A stretch of DNA of 64,000 nt from Botryllus schlosseri (taxonomy: Eukaryota): the NCBI GenBank assembly GCA_051294905.1, contig CM119371.1, positions 28,584,001 to 28,648,000 of the forward strand, read 5' to 3'. The notes under the pieces were generated by a model. It did not search any database. It was not told the origin of the DNA and was given only the letters and a program-made list of their open reading frames with translations. Position 1 is the stretch's first letter. Each line of letters opens with the position of its first letter. A program made the position numbers and the translations under genes. Shown here one piece after another: positions 61,458 to 64,000 of this stretch.

Positions 61458-64000
61458 ACGTTCAGGAGTCGAGCATAATCGAACCGAGTTTTAGCCAATT
61501 CTACCGTCTAGTTCGAGTCGAATTTCATCTCTACTTTTCAGAGAAATTGCACGAGTATCATCACCTGGCCAACGTCTTTCGCAAAATTACTGGTATTGCT
61601 CTCGGATTAAAGACGCCGATATTTCTATCATAGACAAGTGTTCCACTTTTAACCACGTTCAGGAGTCGAGGCTTGTCCCAAAGCATAATCGAACCGAGTT
61701 TTAGCCAATTCTACCGTCTAGTTCGAGTCGAATTTCATCTCTACTTTTCAGAGAAATTGCACGAGTATCATCACCTGGCCAACGTCTTTCGCAAAATTAC
61801 TGGTATTGCTCTCGGATTAAAGACGCCGATATTTCTATCATAGACAAGTGTTCCACTTTTAACCACGTTCAGGAGTCGAGGCTTGTCCCAAAGCATAATC
61901 GAACCGAGTTTTAGCCAATTCTACCGTCTAGTTCGAGTCGAATTTCATCTCTACTTTTCAGAGAAATTGCACGAGTATCATCACCTGGCCAACGTCTTTC
62001 GCAAAATTACTGGTATTGCTCTCGGATTAAAGACGCCGATATTTCTATCATAGACAAGTGTTCCACTTTTAACCACGTTCAGGAGTCGAGGCTTGTCCCA
62101 AAGCATAATCGAACCGAGTTTTAGCCAATTCTACCGTCTAGTTCGAGTCGAATTTCATCTCTACTTTTCAGAGAAATTGCACGAGTATCATCACCTGGCC
62201 AACGTCTTTCGCAAAATTACTGGTATTGCTCTCGGATTAAAGACGCCGATATTTCTATCATAGACAAGTGTTCCACTTTTAACCACGTTCAGGAGTCGAG
62301 GCTTGTCCCAAAGCATAATCGAACCGAGTTTTAGCCAATTCTACCGTCTAGTTCGAGTCGAATTTCATCTCTACTTTTCAGAGAAATTGCACGAGTATCA
62401 TCACCTGGCCAACGTCTTTCGCAAAATTACTGGTATTGCTCTCGGATTAAAGACGCCGATATTTCTATCATAGACAAGTGTTCCACTTTTAACCACGTTC
62501 AGGAGTCGAGGCTTGTCCCAAAGCATAATCGAACCGAGTTTTAGCCAATTCTACCGTCTAGTTCGAGTCGAATTTCATCTCTACTTTTCAGAGAAATTGC
62601 ACGAGTATCATCACCTGGCCAACGTCTTTCGCAAAATTACACGTATAGCTGTCGGATTAAAGACGCCGATATTTCTATCATAGACAAGTGTACCACTTTT
62701 AACCACGTTCAGGAGTCGAAGCTTGTCCCAAAGCATAATCGAACCGAGTTGTAGCCAATTCTACCGTCTAGTTCGAGTCGAATTTCATCTCTACTTTTCA
62801 GAAAAATTGCACGAGTATCATCACCTGGCCAACGTCTTTCGCAAAATTACACGTATAGCTGTCGGATTAAAGACGCCGATATTTCTATCATAGACAAGTG
62901 TACCACTTTTAACCACGTTCAGGAGTCGAAGCTTGTCCCAAAGCATAATCGAACCGAGTTGTAGCCAATTCTACCGTCTAGTTCGAGTCGAATTTCATCT
63001 CTACTTTTCAGAAAAATTGCACGAGTATCATCACCTGGCCAACGTCTTTCGCAAAATTACACGTATAGCTGTCGGATTAAAGACGCCGATATTTCTATCA
63101 TAGACAAGTGTACCACTTTTAACCACGTTCAGGAGTCGGAGCTTGTCCCAAAGCATAATCGAACCGAGTTGTAGCCAATTCTACCGTCTAGTTCGAGTCG
63201 AATTTCATCTCTACTTTTCAGAAAAATTGCACGAGTATCATCACCTCGCCAACGTCTTTCGCAAAATTACACGTATAGCTCTCGGATTAAAGACGCCGAT
63301 ATTTCTATCATAGACAAGTGTACCACTTTTAACCACGTTCAGGAGTCGAAGCTTGTCCCAAAGCATAATCGAACCGAGTTGTAGCCAATTCTACCGTCTA
63401 GTTCGAGTCGAATTTCATCTCTACTTTTCAGAGAAATTGCACGAGTATCATCACCTGGCCAACGTCTTTCGCAAAATTACACGTATAGCTCTCGGATTAA
63501 AGACGCCGATATTTCTATCATAGACAAGTGTACCACTTTTAACCACGTTCAGGAGTCGAAGCTTGTCCCAAAGCATAATCGAACCGAGTTGTAGCCAATT
63601 CTACCGTCTAGTTCGAGTCAAATTTCATCTCTACTTTTCAGAAAAATTGCACGAGTATCATCACCTGGCCAACGTCTTTCGCAAAATTACACGTATAGCT
63701 CTCGGATTAAAGACGCCGATATTTCTATCATAGACAAGTGTACCACTTTTAACCACGTTCAGGAGTCGAAGCTTGTCCCAAAGCATAATCGAACCGAGTT
63801 GTAGCCAATTCTACCGTCTAGTTCGAGTCGAATTTCATCTCTACTTTTCAGAGAAATTGCACTAGTATCATCACCTGGCCAACGTCTTTCGCAAAATTAC
63901 ACGTATAGCTGTCGGATTAAAGACGCCGATATTTCTATCATAGACAAGTGTACCACTTTTAACCACGTTCAGGAGTCGAAGCTTGTCCCAAAGCATAATC
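61458..64000. repeat. 210-bp satellite array (~12 monomers visible, runs off the window)
   Basis: AAGCATAATCGAACCGAG recurs at 61681, 61891, 62101 and so on to 63781, every 210 bp, with near-identical units. Confidence 0.98.

Noticed and set aside
61650..61780. C/D-box snoRNA-like motifs (GTGATGA...CTGA...CTGA, minus strand) and B-box-like GTTCGAGTC in each satellite monomer
   Set aside because: There is no convincing terminal stem, guide target or A box, and such short motifs arise by chance; it would need small-RNA evidence
61458..64000. Satellite as a CRISPR array or as a tandem 70-codon coding repeat
   Set aside because: Units are identical with no unique spacers, the context is eukaryotic, and the frames I translated contain stop codons in each monomer

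Overview
This is eukaryotic (metazoan) genomic DNA. The AT-rich, MITE-packed introns around GC-richer short exons would fit an invertebrate such as a tunicate, but the taxon is inference only. Two complete intron-rich genes lie head-to-tail on the minus strand. I reconstructed both by hand, exon by exon, with GT-AG junctions and continuous phase. NTAN1 (protein N-terminal asparagine amidohydrolase) has 7 coding exons at 35589-49302 (~339 aa). TTC17 (tetratricopeptide repeat protein 17) has 29 coding exons at 5032-32556 (~1114 aa). The supplied ORFs are spurious or exon read-throughs, apart from one Gypsy integrase fragment. The non-coding DNA is dominated by non-autonomous DNA transposons: several hAT MITE families with 8-bp TSDs, TA-targeting pogo/Tc1-like elements and a TTAA-flanked Kolobok-like foldback. 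It also holds tRNA-derived SINEs and a hAT transposase fossil, and from 61458 to the window end a homogeneous 210-bp satellite. The most notable observations are: an unpaired splice donor 2 nt after the NTAN1 stop and an unpaired strong acceptor 61 nt before the TTC17 ATG (candidate operon or dicistronic unit); a TSD-flanked U6 snRNA 5' fragment inside a MITE; long intronic foldback hairpins; a three-level transposon nest; and a two-variant satellite edge. Homology calls rest on my recall of the human proteins and family motifs, not on a database search.
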